Notes: generated by a model from the letters alone, not told the origin. Positions 15,913-25,290 are shown, counted from the stretch's first letter. The stretch is 64,000 bases of DNA from Candidatus Micrarchaeota archaeon (GCA_016207165.1 JACQQD010000005.1:98736-162735), one strand, 5' to 3'. Numbers and translations: made by a program.

Positions 15913-18900
15913 ATGCGTGCCGTCTTTTCCCTTTCCATACTCGTCCTGCTTGTTTCGGCTTTCTCTATTTCCGCGGCAGGCAACTTGCTTGTCTTAAACA
16001 AGCAAGCCATTGCTTTTCAGCCTCCCTCGGATTGCTCGGGCAACCTGGCGTTGGAAGCCAGCATGGCCTGCGCCGCCAAAAACTCGGTTTTGGCGTCAGA
16101 CGGCCTGCGCTTGGATGTCCACGTGGGCTCCGATTTCGTCCAAAAATTGTCGGGCGCCAACACGCGTCTGACGTGGTTCACCGGCGAGGGCCCGGTAATC
16201 TCGGATGCCCTCTCGTTTCCTTTGACCGGCGAAGGCTTCAGCGTCATTCATTTCGACGGCCGCCAGCTTCACGTCTACGCGAGTACCTCGGACACGGAAG
16301 CCGCTGCGGCGCTCGGCCAATATCTTTTTGATGAACGGAAGAATTTGGCGTTCAACAAGGATTGCCGCCTCTCCGTTTCCAGTAACGGCGACGCCATTGC
16401 CTTCAAGAAGTGCGTGCCGACCAACCTGCCTACCAAATCCTCTTTTCAAACTCAGTCATTGGGCTCCCAAGCGTACGATGACTTTTTCGTCTACGATGCC
16501 GCGCAAGGCGGCGTTTCAGCGGGAGCTTTGCCGGAGTTGGGTGACTGTAGCAAGGTTGCGTTCTCCAAATGGCCCACGCCTTCCAAGGAAGTCATCGACA
16601 AGTTCAACGTGGCCGGACTTGGAGGTTACGATTCCGGTCATCGCACGCACAAGGGCATCGACATTTCCATTGCGGAGAACGACCCCGTCTACTCCGTTCT
16701 GCCCGGAAAAATCCTCGACATTTACTCGGCGTGTCCGGCTTACTCAACCCCCGCCGACTACGGTTGCGGCGGCGGCTTCGGAAACTTGGTGAAAGTCGTC
16801 CACGGAACGTGTACCTACGACGGACAGAAAAGCTACTTCATGACGCAATACAACCATTTGGCCAAGGCGGCCGACGGCCTCAAGATTGGAGACGGCGTTG
16901 CCGCTGGCCAGAAAATCGCGTTGGGCGGCAGCTCGGGAAGGTCCACAGGCCCCCACTTGCATTTCGGGGCCGCGTTAATCGACTCGCTGAAAACCGGTCA
17001 ATCCACGGATTCGGACTCCAACGTCGTGTTGAACCCATCGCCGGCCTTAACCGTGGCCTCGTTGCCTGCAGGCTCCGTTCCCGGCCCCGTTCAAGCGCGC
17101 CCGCAATCCATTTTGGATTTTGCGGAAGAAGGTAAAATCAAGACTTCAGTCAAAAACGGCGAAACCGGGATCCTAGCCATCACGCCTTCCGTCAACGGCC
17201 AATGCAGTCAACCGCCCCAAACACCCTATCTACTTGGGCAAGCCCAGGAACTTTCGTCCCCCATTTGCGTCTATTACCAGCTTAGCGCGGAGCACGCGGC
17301 GGCCGTGCAAGACATCGCCTTTGCCGGTTATAGCGAACGTTCCGGCAGTTACTTTACCGTCCGATCCGCCATTCCAAAGGACTCCTCCATCCAGTACCCG
17401 GAAGACTATGAATCGCAAGTCAACATCGGGAAACCACTTTCCGCTTCGGGCCAGCCATCCGCCGGTGTCGCCGTCGCCGCACTGCCTGTGCTTAAACCCG
17501 GTGACTCGTATCCGGGAGGCCTGCACTTGAACATGTATTTGCGCACGGAATTAATTTCTCCTTCAACGGAAGTCAGTGCGAATGCCAAGGCCCCGGGAAT
17601 TTCCCGCGTGAAAGTCGGTGAAATCAACGTCGGCCTCCTGAAAAGCAATTACATCAAGAACGTTCCAGGCTCGCTTCAAGGCAAGACCTTCGTCATCGAT
17701 CCCGGCCATGGCGGGCCGGACGGGTTGGGTTCCTACGTGGGCGCCGACGAGAAAACCACGCCCCGCCACGAACGCACCATCACGCTGGCTGTTTCCAAAG
17801 AACTCCGAGAGCTTCTCTCTGGCGCCGGCGCCAAGGTGGTCATGACGCGCGAAACCGACGTGGACGTCGATTTGTCAGACCGGGCGGACCTGGCGGACAG
17901 CCAGAACGCGGATGCGTTCGTCAGCGTCCACGTCAACTGCGACCGGGAAAAAGCGATTCGAGAAACGCAGGGAATCACCCAGTTTGCCGGCATCAAGAAA
18001 ACCGATCCTGAACTTTGCTCTGCGGGCGTGATCTATCCCAAAGTGGGAGGCGCGCAAGAGAAAAACAGCATTGGGTTGGCGCAAGCCATTGCCAAGTCCA
18101 TGTCCCTGGATTCCCTTCCGTCGTTTGGCGTGTACTTTGACGGCCCCGGTTCGACGTTCGTGGGCACGTATTACGCCGGAAAAATCTACAAGCCCACGCC
18201 GTTAGGCGTCCTTCGCGGCACTACCAAGACGGCGGTGCTGGTGGAAATGGGGCCCATCGACGACGATCGGCTGGATGACTCCAATTACCAGCAGCAATTG
18301 GCGCAACAGATTTACGGTGGGATTCTTCAGAAGTTTGGTACAAGTTCCACGCCGACTTCGGGTGCTTTCAATGTCCAATTGCATGCATGCACACAGGGGC
18401 AGGTCAACAACGGGGATTATTCGCTGACTTTTGAAGAACTTGACCCACTGATTACCGAAGCCTCCCAAAAGTATGGCGTTGAAAAGGCGCTCATCAAGGC
18501 CATCATTTCCCAGGAAAGCGGCCGCCGCCCCTGTGTCATTTCCTTTTACAAGGACTGCTGTTTTGGCTTGATGCAATTGAATCGGCTCAACGGCGATGAA
18601 ACCGGCTATAGTTTGGCGACCAGCACCGCCGGCGTCTTGCAACAGCAAACCGGGTTTGCTTGTTTTGATAAGCCCCTGGATCCCCGCAACAACATCATGT
18701 GTGGCGCCAAGCACTTGGCGGATTTGGTGCGTTTTTATGGCAACAAGTATCCTGGTCAGGACTCCATTAAAATCGTGGCCGCGGCCTACAACGCCGGCGG
18801 CGGAAACGTGGAAAAGTACGGCGGCGTGCCCCCGTTTGGCGAAACGCAAAACTACGTCGTTGAAGTCCGCAAGTTTTACGACCAGTACCGCACGGCGTAA
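15913..18900 (+). CDS. secreted multidomain peptidoglycan hydrolase: signal peptide + M23/LytM endopeptidase + Amidase_3 (MurNAc-L-Ala amidase) + C-terminal SLT lytic transglycosylase
   Basis: signal MRAVFSLSILVLLVSAFS; M23 motifs HKGIDIS...D...YNHL...GSSGRSTGPHLHFG; Amidase_3 KTFVIDPGHGGPDG...ADAFVSVHVNC; SLT ...LIKAIISQESGRRP...FGLMQLN...AAAYNAGGGNV; track ORF starts at TTG 15907, ATG 15913 preferred. Confidence 0.8.
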   Translation: MRAVFSLSILVLLVSAFSISAAGNLLVLNKQAIAFQPPSDCSGNLALEASMACAAKNSVLASDGLRLDVHVGSDFVQKLSGANTRLTWFTGEGPVISDALSFPLTGEGFSVIHFDGRQLHVYASTSDTEAAAALGQYLFDERKNLAFNKDCRLSVSSNGDAIAFKKCVPTNLPTKSSFQTQSLGSQAYDDFFVYDAAQGGVSAGALPELGDCSKVAFSKWPTPSKEVIDKFNVAGLGGYDSGHRTHKGIDISIAENDPVYSVLPGKILDIYSACPAYSTPADYGCGGGFGNLVKVVHGTCTYDGQKSYFMTQYNHLAKAADGLKIGDGVAAGQKIALGGSSGRSTGPHLHFGAALIDSLKTGQSTDSDSNVVLNPSPALTVASLPAGSVPGPVQARPQSILDFAEEGKIKTSVKNGETGILAITPSVNGQCSQPPQTPYLLGQAQELSSPICVYYQLSAEHAAAVQDIAFAGYSERSGSYFTVRSAIPKDSSIQYPEDYESQVNIGKPLSASGQPSAGVAVAALPVLKPGDSYPGGLHLNMYLRTELISPSTEVSANAKAPGISRVKVGEINVGLLKSNYIKNVPGSLQGKTFVIDPGHGGPDGLGSYVGADEKTTPRHERTITLAVSKELRELLSGAGAKVVMTRETDVDVDLSDRADLADSQNADAFVSVHVNCDREKAIRETQGITQFAGIKKTDPELCSAGVIYPKVGGAQEKNSIGLAQAIAKSMSLDSLPSFGVYFDGPGSTFVGTYYAGKIYKPTPLGVLRGTTKTAVLVEMGPIDDDRLDDSNYQQQLAQQIYGGILQKFGTSSTPTSGAFNVQLHACTQGQVNNGDYSLTFEELDPLITEASQKYGVEKALIKAIISQESGRRPCVISFYKDCCFGLMQLNRLNGDETGYSLATSTAGVLQQQTGFACFDKPLDPRNNIMCGAKHLADLVRFYGNKYPGQDSIKIVAAAYNAGGGNVEKYGGVPPFGETQNYVVEVRKFYDQYRTA

Positions 18901-18982
18901 CCCCCCGAATCCTTTTTAAACCCGTTTGGGCATGGTTAGTAGCCTGGAAGCTCAGTTAGCGGTTTTGTTTTCCGGAGATTCG

Positions 18983-18990
18983 TTTAAATA
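18983..18990 (+). promoter_or_regulatory. TATA box (tttaaata) 30 nt upstream of the tRNA-Ser 5' end
   Basis: consensus archaeal TATA at canonical distance from the mature tRNA 5' end. Confidence 0.45.
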
Positions 18991-19020
18991 CGATCGATTC
19001 AAAGAATTTGTTCTTTGAAT

Positions 19021-19249
19021 GCCGGGATGGCAGAACGGTAATGCGCAACCCTGGAAACCCGATTCCTGTCAAGGAGGGACCTCAGGAGCATGCGATGGTT
19101 GGAAGGCAACCATCGCTTCGCTGAATAGGTCGTCATCGGGCCGTTAAGGTTGTGGGCGCAAGCCCTTCTGAGTTCGAAACGAAGAAACGCCTCGAAAGGG
19201 GTTGCGATTGACGGAGTCAATTGCTTCGCTGAAAATCTCAGTCCCGGCG
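19021..19249 (+). tRNA. tRNA-Ser(GGA) precursor with two introns: canonical 37/38 intron (19057-19146, 90 nt, contains a 10-bp hairpin) and a T-loop 59/60 intron (19179-19235, 57 nt)
   Basis: hand-folded: acceptor GCCGGGA/TCCCGGC + G73; D-arm GCA-GAACGGTAA-TGC; anticodon stem CAACC/GGTTG with loop CUGGAA|intron|A; variable arm GGGC-GCAA-GCCC (class II); T-arm CTGAG-TTCGAA|intron|T-CTCAG; followed by TTTTTGTTTT. Confidence 0.6.
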
Positions 19250-19273
19250 TTTTTGTTTTAAAAAGTTGATTCA

Positions 19274-19921
19274 ATGGCTGCCCGAGAAGAAGAACAGGAA
19301 GAAAAAAAGGAGAAGGCCAAGTTCGGCCGCGCGCAGGCAGGCAAAACCGAGGCCAAGGAAAAGCCGAAGGCAAGGCTCCAGCAAAAAATCGACGTCAAGA
19401 AGACGGGCAAAGAAAAAGAGCATTTCCGGGGCATCGTGCGCATCGTCGGCAAAGACCTCAAAGGCCATGTCACCGTGAAAAACGCGTTGCGCCAAGTGCC
19501 GGGCATCGGCCACAACCTGGCGGCTTCCTTGATTCGGGGCGTCATGAAGAACGCGGATTTTGCTTCCGACGAGTTGGTCGGCAACTTGTCGGATGAACAA
19601 CTCTCCCAATTCGAGGTCGTCATCAAGGACCCCCAGAAATTCGGGGTTCCCGCATACCTTTTGAATCGACCGTTGGACCCGGAGACCGGAAAACCGGTGC
19701 ACCGCGTCATGGCGGAACTGACTTTTTCGGTGCGCCAGGACATCAACAAGGAAAAAGACTTGCGTTCGTATCGTGGCTGGCGCCACCAAATGGGCCAGAA
19801 AGTCCGCGGCCAGCGCACCCGCTCGACTGGAAGAACCGGCATGAGCGTGGGCGTGTTGAAGAAGGCGGCGGCCAAGAAGGGCGCCGTACCGGCGGAAGGC
19901 GCCAAGGAAGAAAAGAAGTGA
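19274..19921 (+). CDS. rps13: 30S ribosomal protein uS13 (S13) with Lys/Glu-rich N-terminal extension
   Basis: 215 aa; core ...[33 protein letters not shown]...; N-terminal 45 aa [11 protein letters not shown]... Confidence 0.9.
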   Translation: MAAREEEQEEKKEKAKFGRAQAGKTEAKEKPKARLQQKIDVKKTGKEKEHFRGIVRIVGKDLKGHVTVKNALRQVPGIGHNLAASLIRGVMKNADFASDELVGNLSDEQLSQFEVVIKDPQKFGVPAYLLNRPLDPETGKPVHRVMAELTFSVRQDINKEKDLRSYRGWRHQMGQKVRGQRTRSTGRTGMSVGVLKKAAAKKGAVPAEGAKEEKK

Positions 19922-19925
19922 TGGC

Positions 19926-20552
19926 ATGGGCGACCCTAAGAGAAACCGCAAGCAATTCGAGGGCCCCAAGCGGTTGTGGGACAAGAAGCGCATCGACGAA
20001 GAAAAGGCGTTGCGCGAGGAATTCGGCCTCAAAAACGCGCGCGAGCTTTGGAAGATGCAGACGATTCTGCGCCGCATCCGGCGCGAAGCCAGGCGGCTGT
20101 TGTCGAAAAAAGGCGCGGACTTGGACCGGCGCACCAATCAACTCATGGGCCGCGCCAAGCGCTTCCTCATTTCCAATCCTGCCGCGACGGTGGACGACGT
20201 GTTGTTGCTGACGCCCCGCGACATTTTGTCCCGGCGCTTGCAGACCATCGTCGTCCGCAAGCACTTGGCCCGCACCAACCGCCAAGCCCGCCAATTCATC
20301 GTGCACGGCCACATTTCCGTCCAGGGCCAGCGCGTCACCGCCCCGTCGTACTTGGTGAGCTTCCAAGAGGAAGACCAAATCAATTGGTACAAGCACCCGT
20401 TGCAGACCGCGCCAGCGACTTCGGACCAAAGCGCCACCGAAGAAAACGGCGAAAAACAAAAGACGGCCAAGGCCACGCCCGTGCAAGACGTTCAACCCAC
20501 ACCTACCGGGGACGAAGCCGAGCCGGCTGAACCCGAAGCGGAGGCGGCTTGA
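19926..20552 (+). CDS. rps4: 30S ribosomal protein uS4 (S4) with acidic C-terminal tail
   Basis: 208 aa; ...[12 protein letters not shown]...S4 domain...; tail [12 protein letters not shown]. Confidence 0.9.
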   Translation: MGDPKRNRKQFEGPKRLWDKKRIDEEKALREEFGLKNARELWKMQTILRRIRREARRLLSKKGADLDRRTNQLMGRAKRFLISNPAATVDDVLLLTPRDILSRRLQTIVVRKHLARTNRQARQFIVHGHISVQGQRVTAPSYLVSFQEEDQINWYKHPLQTAPATSDQSATEENGEKQKTAKATPVQDVQPTPTGDEAEPAEPEAEAA

Positions 20553-21034
20553 TCATGGCAGACGACGAACAGAGAACGCCAAGCGGCCCGCCGCGCCGAC
20601 GCGGCCCATTCCACCACCGCGACGACCAGCCGAGAAAAGTCTTGCCCAAGGAAGGAAAATGGGGCATTGCGTACCTGTATTCCTCGAAGAACGACACGAT
20701 CATTACTGTCACGGATTTAAGCGGAGCCGAAACCATTGCGAAAGCCTCTGGAGGCATGGTCGTGAAAAGCTCGCGCGAGAAGGGCTCGCCGTACGCCGCC
20801 ATGCAGTCCGCGTTTCTCGTCGCCAACAAGGCCAAGGAGCGGGGCTTGTCCGGCATCCACATCCGTGTGCGCGCCCCCGGCGGCCACGGGTCCAAGACTC
20901 CGGGTTCCGGTGCCCAAGCGGCGATTCGCGCCTTGGCGCGCAGCGGCTTGCGCGTGGGACGGATTGAAGACGTGACTCCCATTCCAACGGATTCGACGAA
21001 GCGTCCGGGCGGAAAACGAGGTCGGCGCGTGTGA
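20549..21034 (+). CDS. rps11: 30S ribosomal protein uS11 (S11)
   Basis: 161 aa, ...[33 protein letters not shown]...[11 protein letters not shown]... Confidence 0.93.
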   Translation: MIMADDEQRTPSGPPRRRGPFHHRDDQPRKVLPKEGKWGIAYLYSSKNDTIITVTDLSGAETIAKASGGMVVKSSREKGSPYAAMQSAFLVANKAKERGLSGIHIRVRAPGGHGSKTPGSGAQAAIRALARSGLRVGRIEDVTPIPTDSTKRPGGKRGRRV

Positions 21035-21693
21035 ACATTCAACTCTTGGATGAAAAGGAGCGGAAAGCCTGGTTTTTGGTCTCCGGCGCCTCCACGTCCT
21101 TGCTTAACGCACTGCGGCGCGCGGTTATCTCCGAGTTGCCGGCGTTCGCCATCGAGGAAGTCCAGTTCTACGAAAACACGTCGCCCATGTTCAACGAGTA
21201 CGTGGCCGCCCGCCTGGGCTTGGTGCCGTTGACGTTTGAAGAGTCTTCGTCGACGTCGCAGGTGTCCTTGTCGTTGGACGCCGAGGCCGTCGAGGAACCC
21301 AAGACCGTGTACAGCGGTGACTTGATTTCCCAGGACGAGGCCATCAAGCCCTCGTTTCTGCACGTTCCCATCATGAAACTGGGCAAGGGCCAGCGTCTCC
21401 GATTTGAAGCCATTGCCGTGGTGGGCACCGGAAAAAAGCACGCCAAGTTCCAGTCGGCGTTGGCGAGCTTTTCATCCGTCCAGGAGTACTTGGATGAGGA
21501 AAAAGAGCGCAAGGCCGGTGAAGTCGGTGCTTCCCGGCACGCCTTTGCCGGTAAATTGCCTGGGGACGTCAAGAAAAACGAGTCCGTTTTTTATGTGGAG
21601 ACCTTCAACAACGTGGCCGCCCGGGAACAATTGTACCGGGCCGTGCGGGTGGTGGAGGCCCAATTGGATCGCGTCGTGGAGCTAGTCAAATGA
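21031..21693 (+). CDS. rpoD: DNA-directed RNA polymerase subunit D (Rpo3)
   Basis: 220 aa, ...[43 protein letters not shown]...; canonical S13-S4-S11-rpoD order. Confidence 0.85.
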   Translation: MNIQLLDEKERKAWFLVSGASTSLLNALRRAVISELPAFAIEEVQFYENTSPMFNEYVAARLGLVPLTFEESSSTSQVSLSLDAEAVEEPKTVYSGDLISQDEAIKPSFLHVPIMKLGKGQRLRFEAIAVVGTGKKHAKFQSALASFSSVQEYLDEEKERKAGEVGASRHAFAGKLPGDVKKNESVFYVETFNNVAAREQLYRAVRVVEAQLDRVVELVK

Positions 21694-21977
21694 GGGTGCG
21701 CGTGATTCCCAACGCCAAAACGCCCGCGCTTTTGTGGCGCGAAAGCGGATGGGTGTTGCGGGTGCGCGCCAAGCCCATGGACGGGAAAGCCAACGCGGAA
21801 GCGGAAAAACTGCTTTCGACGCTGGCGAAATGCCGCGTGCGCGTGGTCTCCGGCCAAAAAAGCCGGGTCAAAGTCGTTGCCGCGGAAGGAATTACGGAAA
21901 AGAATTTACATGAACGCGTGTGTGCAGGGGTGGCGGAGCTTGGTCAAACGTGCAGGATTGAGGTTCCTGTTCCCTAG
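21690..21977 (+). CDS. DUF167 (YggU/UPF0235) family protein; 3' end overlaps the tRNA-Leu 5' exon by 54 nt
   Basis: 95 aa, ...LRVRAKPMDGKANAEAEKLLSTLAKCRVRVVSGQKSRVKVV... matches DUF167 pattern (P.dGkAN..l...la......v.i..G..sr.K.v.i). Confidence 0.7.
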   Translation: MRVRVIPNAKTPALLWRESGWVLRVRAKPMDGKANAEAEKLLSTLAKCRVRVVSGQKSRVKVVAAEGITEKNLHERVCAGVAELGQTCRIEVPVP

Positions 21978-22059
21978 TGGATGCCTGGGTTCGAATCTCG
22001 AGCGAAGCGGTTGCTGTTTGTCAACGATCGCCGCCTCCGCGAAAATCCCAGCCCCTGCA
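21924..22059 (+). tRNA. tRNA-Leu(GAG) precursor with a ~50-nt non-canonical intron in the T-loop (59/60; 21997-22046)
   Basis: hand-folded: acceptor GCAGGGG/CCCCTGC + A73; D-arm GCG-GAGCTTGGTCAAA-CGT; anticodon arm CAGGA-UUGAGGU-TCCTG (GAG); variable arm; T-arm CTGGG-TTCGAAT|intron|CCCAG. Confidence 0.7.
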
Positions 22060-22076
22060 CTTTTTGGTGACTTGAA

Positions 22077-22427
22077 ATGAAAGGCCGAGAAAGTTTGACT
22101 CGAAAAAGGCTGCTGAACGCCCTGCGCAAAGCCGGCGTCCAGCGTCCAGTCTGGAAGCGCGTGCGCGAAATTTTGTCGGGCGCCAGCCGTCGCGAGCCCA
22201 GCGTCAACTTGTACCGCCTCAGCCGGCTCACGAAAAAAGGCGACGTCGTCGTCGTGCCCGGAAAACTCTTGGGCGTGGGCTCATTAAGCCACCCGCTCAC
22301 CGTCGCCTACGTGGACGCGTCCAAGCCGGCGCTCTTGGGCCTCAAGCAAAGCCAAAGCCAGGCCGTGCCGTTGGAAGCCTTTTTGAAGGACCACGCCAAC
22401 GAGAAACACATCAAGATCGTGATTTGA
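22077..22427 (+). CDS. rpl18e: 50S ribosomal protein eL18 (L18e)
   Basis: 116 aa, ...KKGDVVVVPGKLLGVGSLSHPLTVAY... Confidence 0.85.
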   Translation: MKGRESLTRKRLLNALRKAGVQRPVWKRVREILSGASRREPSVNLYRLSRLTKKGDVVVVPGKLLGVGSLSHPLTVAYVDASKPALLGLKQSQSQAVPLEAFLKDHANEKHIKIVI

Positions 22428-22428
22428 T

Positions 22429-22866
22429 ATGCTAGTCATTGACGCCAAAGGTGCCATTGCGGGGCGGTTATCCGCTTTCGTCGCCAAAAAACTCCTTGAG
22501 CACGAAGACGTCGTCATCGTCAACGCCGAAAAAGCCGTGATTTCAGGCAAGCCCCGCGAAGTCGTCGACGTCTACCGCCGGCGCCTGACAATGACGGACA
22601 AGGCCAACCCCGAACTGGGCGCCAAGTGGCCGCGCCGGCCGGACTTGATGCTGCGCCGCATCATCCGCGGCATGCTGCCCAAGCGCGCGTACCGCCAAGC
22701 CACGGCACTCAAGCGCTTGCGCGTGCACATGGGCCAACCCGCTGGAGTCGAAAACGGCCAAGCGTTTGGAAACCAGGCTCGGGATTTGTCGGACCGCTTC
22801 ATTGAATTGGGCCAAGTATGCGCGGAACTGGGTTGGACCCCGCACACGCTTCCGGCCGCGAAGTGA
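22429..22866 (+). CDS. rpl13: 50S ribosomal protein uL13 (L13)
   Basis: 145 aa, MLVIDAKGAIAGRLSAFVAKKLLEHEDVVIVNAEKAVISG... Confidence 0.9.
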   Translation: MLVIDAKGAIAGRLSAFVAKKLLEHEDVVIVNAEKAVISGKPREVVDVYRRRLTMTDKANPELGAKWPRRPDLMLRRIIRGMLPKRAYRQATALKRLRVHMGQPAGVENGQAFGNQARDLSDRFIELGQVCAELGWTPHTLPAAK

Positions 22867-22874
22867 TACGGATT

Positions 22875-23291
22875 ATGGTTGTTAAAAAGAAGAAGAAAGC
22901 CAAAAAAACGGGTGTGGTGCGTGGCAAGCGAAAGGAAGCCACGGCCCGCGCCAAAGTCACGCCGGGCACCGGCCGCATCTATTTCAACGGGTCGGGCCTC
23001 AACGCATTGTCCTCGCCGTACGTGCGCCTGGTCATCCAGGAACCGTTGCGGTACGTCGACGCGTCCAAGTACGACGTGTTCCTCAACGTGCAGGGCGGGG
23101 GAGTCATGGGACAAGCCCAAGCCGCCCGAGTCGCCATCGCCAACGCCTTGGTCCAAGAAGAAGGCGACGCGTTAAAGGAAAAAATGATGAAGGAAGACCG
23201 CTCGCTCTTGGTGGAAGACAGCCGACGAGTGGAACCCAAAAAGTTCCGCGGCCCCAAAGCCCGCGCGCGGTTTACCAAGTCATACAGGTGA
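22875..23291 (+). CDS. rps9: 30S ribosomal protein uS9 (S9); ATG 22875 preferred over the longer track ORF starting 22818
   Basis: MVVKKKKKAKKTGVVRGKRKEATARAKVTPGTGRIYFNG...FRGPKARARFTKSYR. Confidence 0.9.
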   Translation: MVVKKKKKAKKTGVVRGKRKEATARAKVTPGTGRIYFNGSGLNALSSPYVRLVIQEPLRYVDASKYDVFLNVQGGGVMGQAQAARVAIANALVQEEGDALKEKMMKEDRSLLVEDSRRVEPKKFRGPKARARFTKSYR

Positions 23292-23296
23292 TGTGA

Positions 23297-23512
23297 ATGC
23301 TTATTCCAGTACGCTGTTTTACGTGCGGCAACCCCGTGAGCGAGTGGCACGACGAATTCAAGAAGCGCACCAAGTCCCACGAGGAAGGGGGACAAGCCGA
23401 AGACGCGGCCAAAGTCCTCACCGACTTGGGCGTCGAACGCGTGTGCTGCCGCCGAGTCATGCTTTCCAACGTGGACCTCATCGACGAAATCCTGCCGTAC
23501 GGCCGCTACTAA
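23297..23512 (+). CDS. rpoN: DNA-directed RNA polymerase subunit N (Rpo10)
   Basis: 71 aa, MLIPVRCFTCGNPVSEW...RVCCRRVMLSNVDLIDEIL; zinc-ribbon CFTC...CC. Confidence 0.9.
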   Translation: MLIPVRCFTCGNPVSEWHDEFKKRTKSHEEGGQAEDAAKVLTDLGVERVCCRRVMLSNVDLIDEILPYGRY

Positions 23513-23599
23513 CCCGCCCCCGGGGGTTTCAAGGACTTTCTTTTTCATGTCCAGCCCAGGGCTCGTTAAACGGCAAAGCCAGCAAGTAAAACGATGAAG

Positions 23600-23725
23600 T
23601 GGGGGATCTGCGATTCGAACGCAGGACACCAGCTCTTCTGCCTTAGCCCATGGGTTGACGTCAAACGACAACCACTTCGCTTAAGGTCCCAAAGCTGGTA
23701 GGATGCCAGGCTACCCCAATCCCCC
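23600..23725 (-). tRNA. intron-containing tRNA, anticodon UGG (Pro) preferred, UUG (Gln) possible; ~53-nt intron at 37/38
   Basis: minus strand GGGGGAU...acceptor 7 bp + A73; D-arm GGGU-AGCCUGGC-AUCC; anticodon stem with loop containing UUUGGG; T-arm CUGCG-UUCGAAU-CGCAG. Confidence 0.6.
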
Positions 23726-23805
23726 GGATTAAGCAAAAAACAGAATCGGGATATTTTTTTTGGGTGATTCGCTCTTAAAAGCCCCTTCTTGGGCACTTGC
23801 CTTTT

Positions 23806-25290
23806 TCACTGGGGCGCGTTGGGCTTCATTTTCTTGAAGTACCACAGTGTCCCGCCCAACGCGAGAATCAGCACGAGCACGCCGCCGATGATGACGAAGT
23901 CCACGTCGTTTCCTTTCGGTGGAAGCGTTCCCGCCCGGTTGGCCAGTTGCGAGGCTTGCGTTTGAACGGCTTCAAATCCGGCTTGTCCAGCGGCGGCGCC
24001 CGACGTGCCCAAAACGGATATGGACGACGTGAGGTTGGCGTTGAGTCCATCCAGTTCTTTCTTCATTTCCTGGACGCGGGCATCGGATTCCCCGTATTTG
24101 CGCTGGGCTTCCGTGACGTTGGCGTCTGCGGCGGCGATGGCCGATACGGCGAGCCGAAATTGCGTGGAAGCGGACTCGAAAGCCAAAACCAATGCGTCCA
24201 GTTCCGCGTACTTGGCGTCAAAGCTTTCCGTCGCGCCGCTTTGCTGGACGGTTTGCAGTTCCTGTTTCAAGGCGTCTTTCTTGGCGGTGATTGCCGTGAG
24301 GTTCACGCTGCCGCCAGCGCTGTACTCGGCGGTGAGGTTGGCGATGCGGGCCTCGATTTTCGTGGTTTTTTCCGCGCGAAGGGCTCCAGCCGCTCCTTTT
24401 TGCGCGCCTTCCAGGCGGGCGACCGTCTCCGTGAAGACGACGTCGACGAGTTGGTCTGCGGAGCGCAACGCCTTGTTGGAGAACGTGTTTTGGATTACGG
24501 AAAGCGCGGTGCTGGCGTTCGCGACAAAATCGCACGTGTGCGGCGTTCCGGACTTGTAGAACGTGGCTTTCAGGATGAACGAGAAATCGCCGCTGGCGTT
24601 CAACGTGGCGTACGCTGAAGACACCGTCGTGTACTCGCGGCTAAGCGTGGCCGCGCTGTCGCGCAGCACGCCGACGGATGCCAGGATGGCGTCGCGGTTG
24701 CCTTGCGCCACGGTTTCGTTGAACGTGCCGGCTTTCTCCGCGAATTGGTCGTAAGCCGCCGCGTAAGCGGGAAACGAGTTGTTGATTTGCTGGATGGCTT
24801 GGTATTCGGATTTGTACGTGTCGCTTTTGCCTTCCTCTCCATTGGATCGCTCAATCAGGTAGTACAAGCCGATGTTGGCTTTCCCGATGCGGATCGTGCG
24901 GCGGGTAATGCTTTCCACAAACGTGTCGGCTCCAATGCGGCAGTCGCCGAGGACTTCGCGGATGATGGCTTCATTGGTGGACGCGGTGGCCGCGTGCTGG
25001 GCGAAGTCTTGGTCGTCAAAGAGCTTTTGCGCGTACGCGTCCAGGATGGGCTTCAATTGCGTTTTTTCTTTGACTGGCTCGAATGTGCCGTCGGCGGGTT
25101 TCAGTACCACGGACGGCGTGCCGTCGATTTTAAGCACGCTGTACGTCGTGCCCCCAACGCCGATTTCGTCAATGACCTTGCTTTCGCCGGTCTTGACGTA
25201 GTGCTCGGAAACTTGCACGGCGGTTAAGCCGAACGCGGTGGCGGATGCGAAAACCAATATTAAAAGTGCTGAATTGAGTCGGATGTCCAT
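23806..25290 (-). CDS. secreted surface protein: signal peptide, Ala/Thr/Gln-rich coiled-coil region with multiple N-x-S/T sequons, C-terminal TM anchor + KKMK
   Basis: MDIRLNSALLILVFASATAFG signal; ...DFVIIGGVLVLILALGGTLWYFKKMK C-terminal anchor; track ORF extends to TTG 25347 abutting tRNA-Tyr. Confidence 0.6.
   Translation of the reverse strand: MDIRLNSALLILVFASATAFGLTAVQVSEHYVKTGESKVIDEIGVGGTTYSVLKIDGTPSVVLKPADGTFEPVKEKTQLKPILDAYAQKLFDDQDFAQHAATASTNEAIIREVLGDCRIGADTFVESITRRTIRIGKANIGLYYLIERSNGEEGKSDTYKSEYQAIQQINNSFPAYAAAYDQFAEKAGTFNETVAQGNRDAILASVGVLRDSAATLSREYTTVSSAYATLNASGDFSFILKATFYKSGTPHTCDFVANASTALSVIQNTFSNKALRSADQLVDVVFTETVARLEGAQKGAAGALRAEKTTKIEARIANLTAEYSAGGSVNLTAITAKKDALKQELQTVQQSGATESFDAKYAELDALVLAFESASTQFRLAVSAIAAADANVTEAQRKYGESDARVQEMKKELDGLNANLTSSISVLGTSGAAAGQAGFEAVQTQASQLANRAGTLPPKGNDVDFVIIGGVLVLILALGGTLWYFKKMKPNAPQ

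Noticed and set aside
19021-19249. Considered whether this structured 229-nt RNA-like locus is SRP (7S) RNA or RNase P RNA rather than a tRNA
   Set aside because: No SRP helix-8 consensus (CCGGAAGG-AGCA) and no RNase P CR-I/CR-V motifs; the sequence folds as a full class II tRNA once two introns are removed
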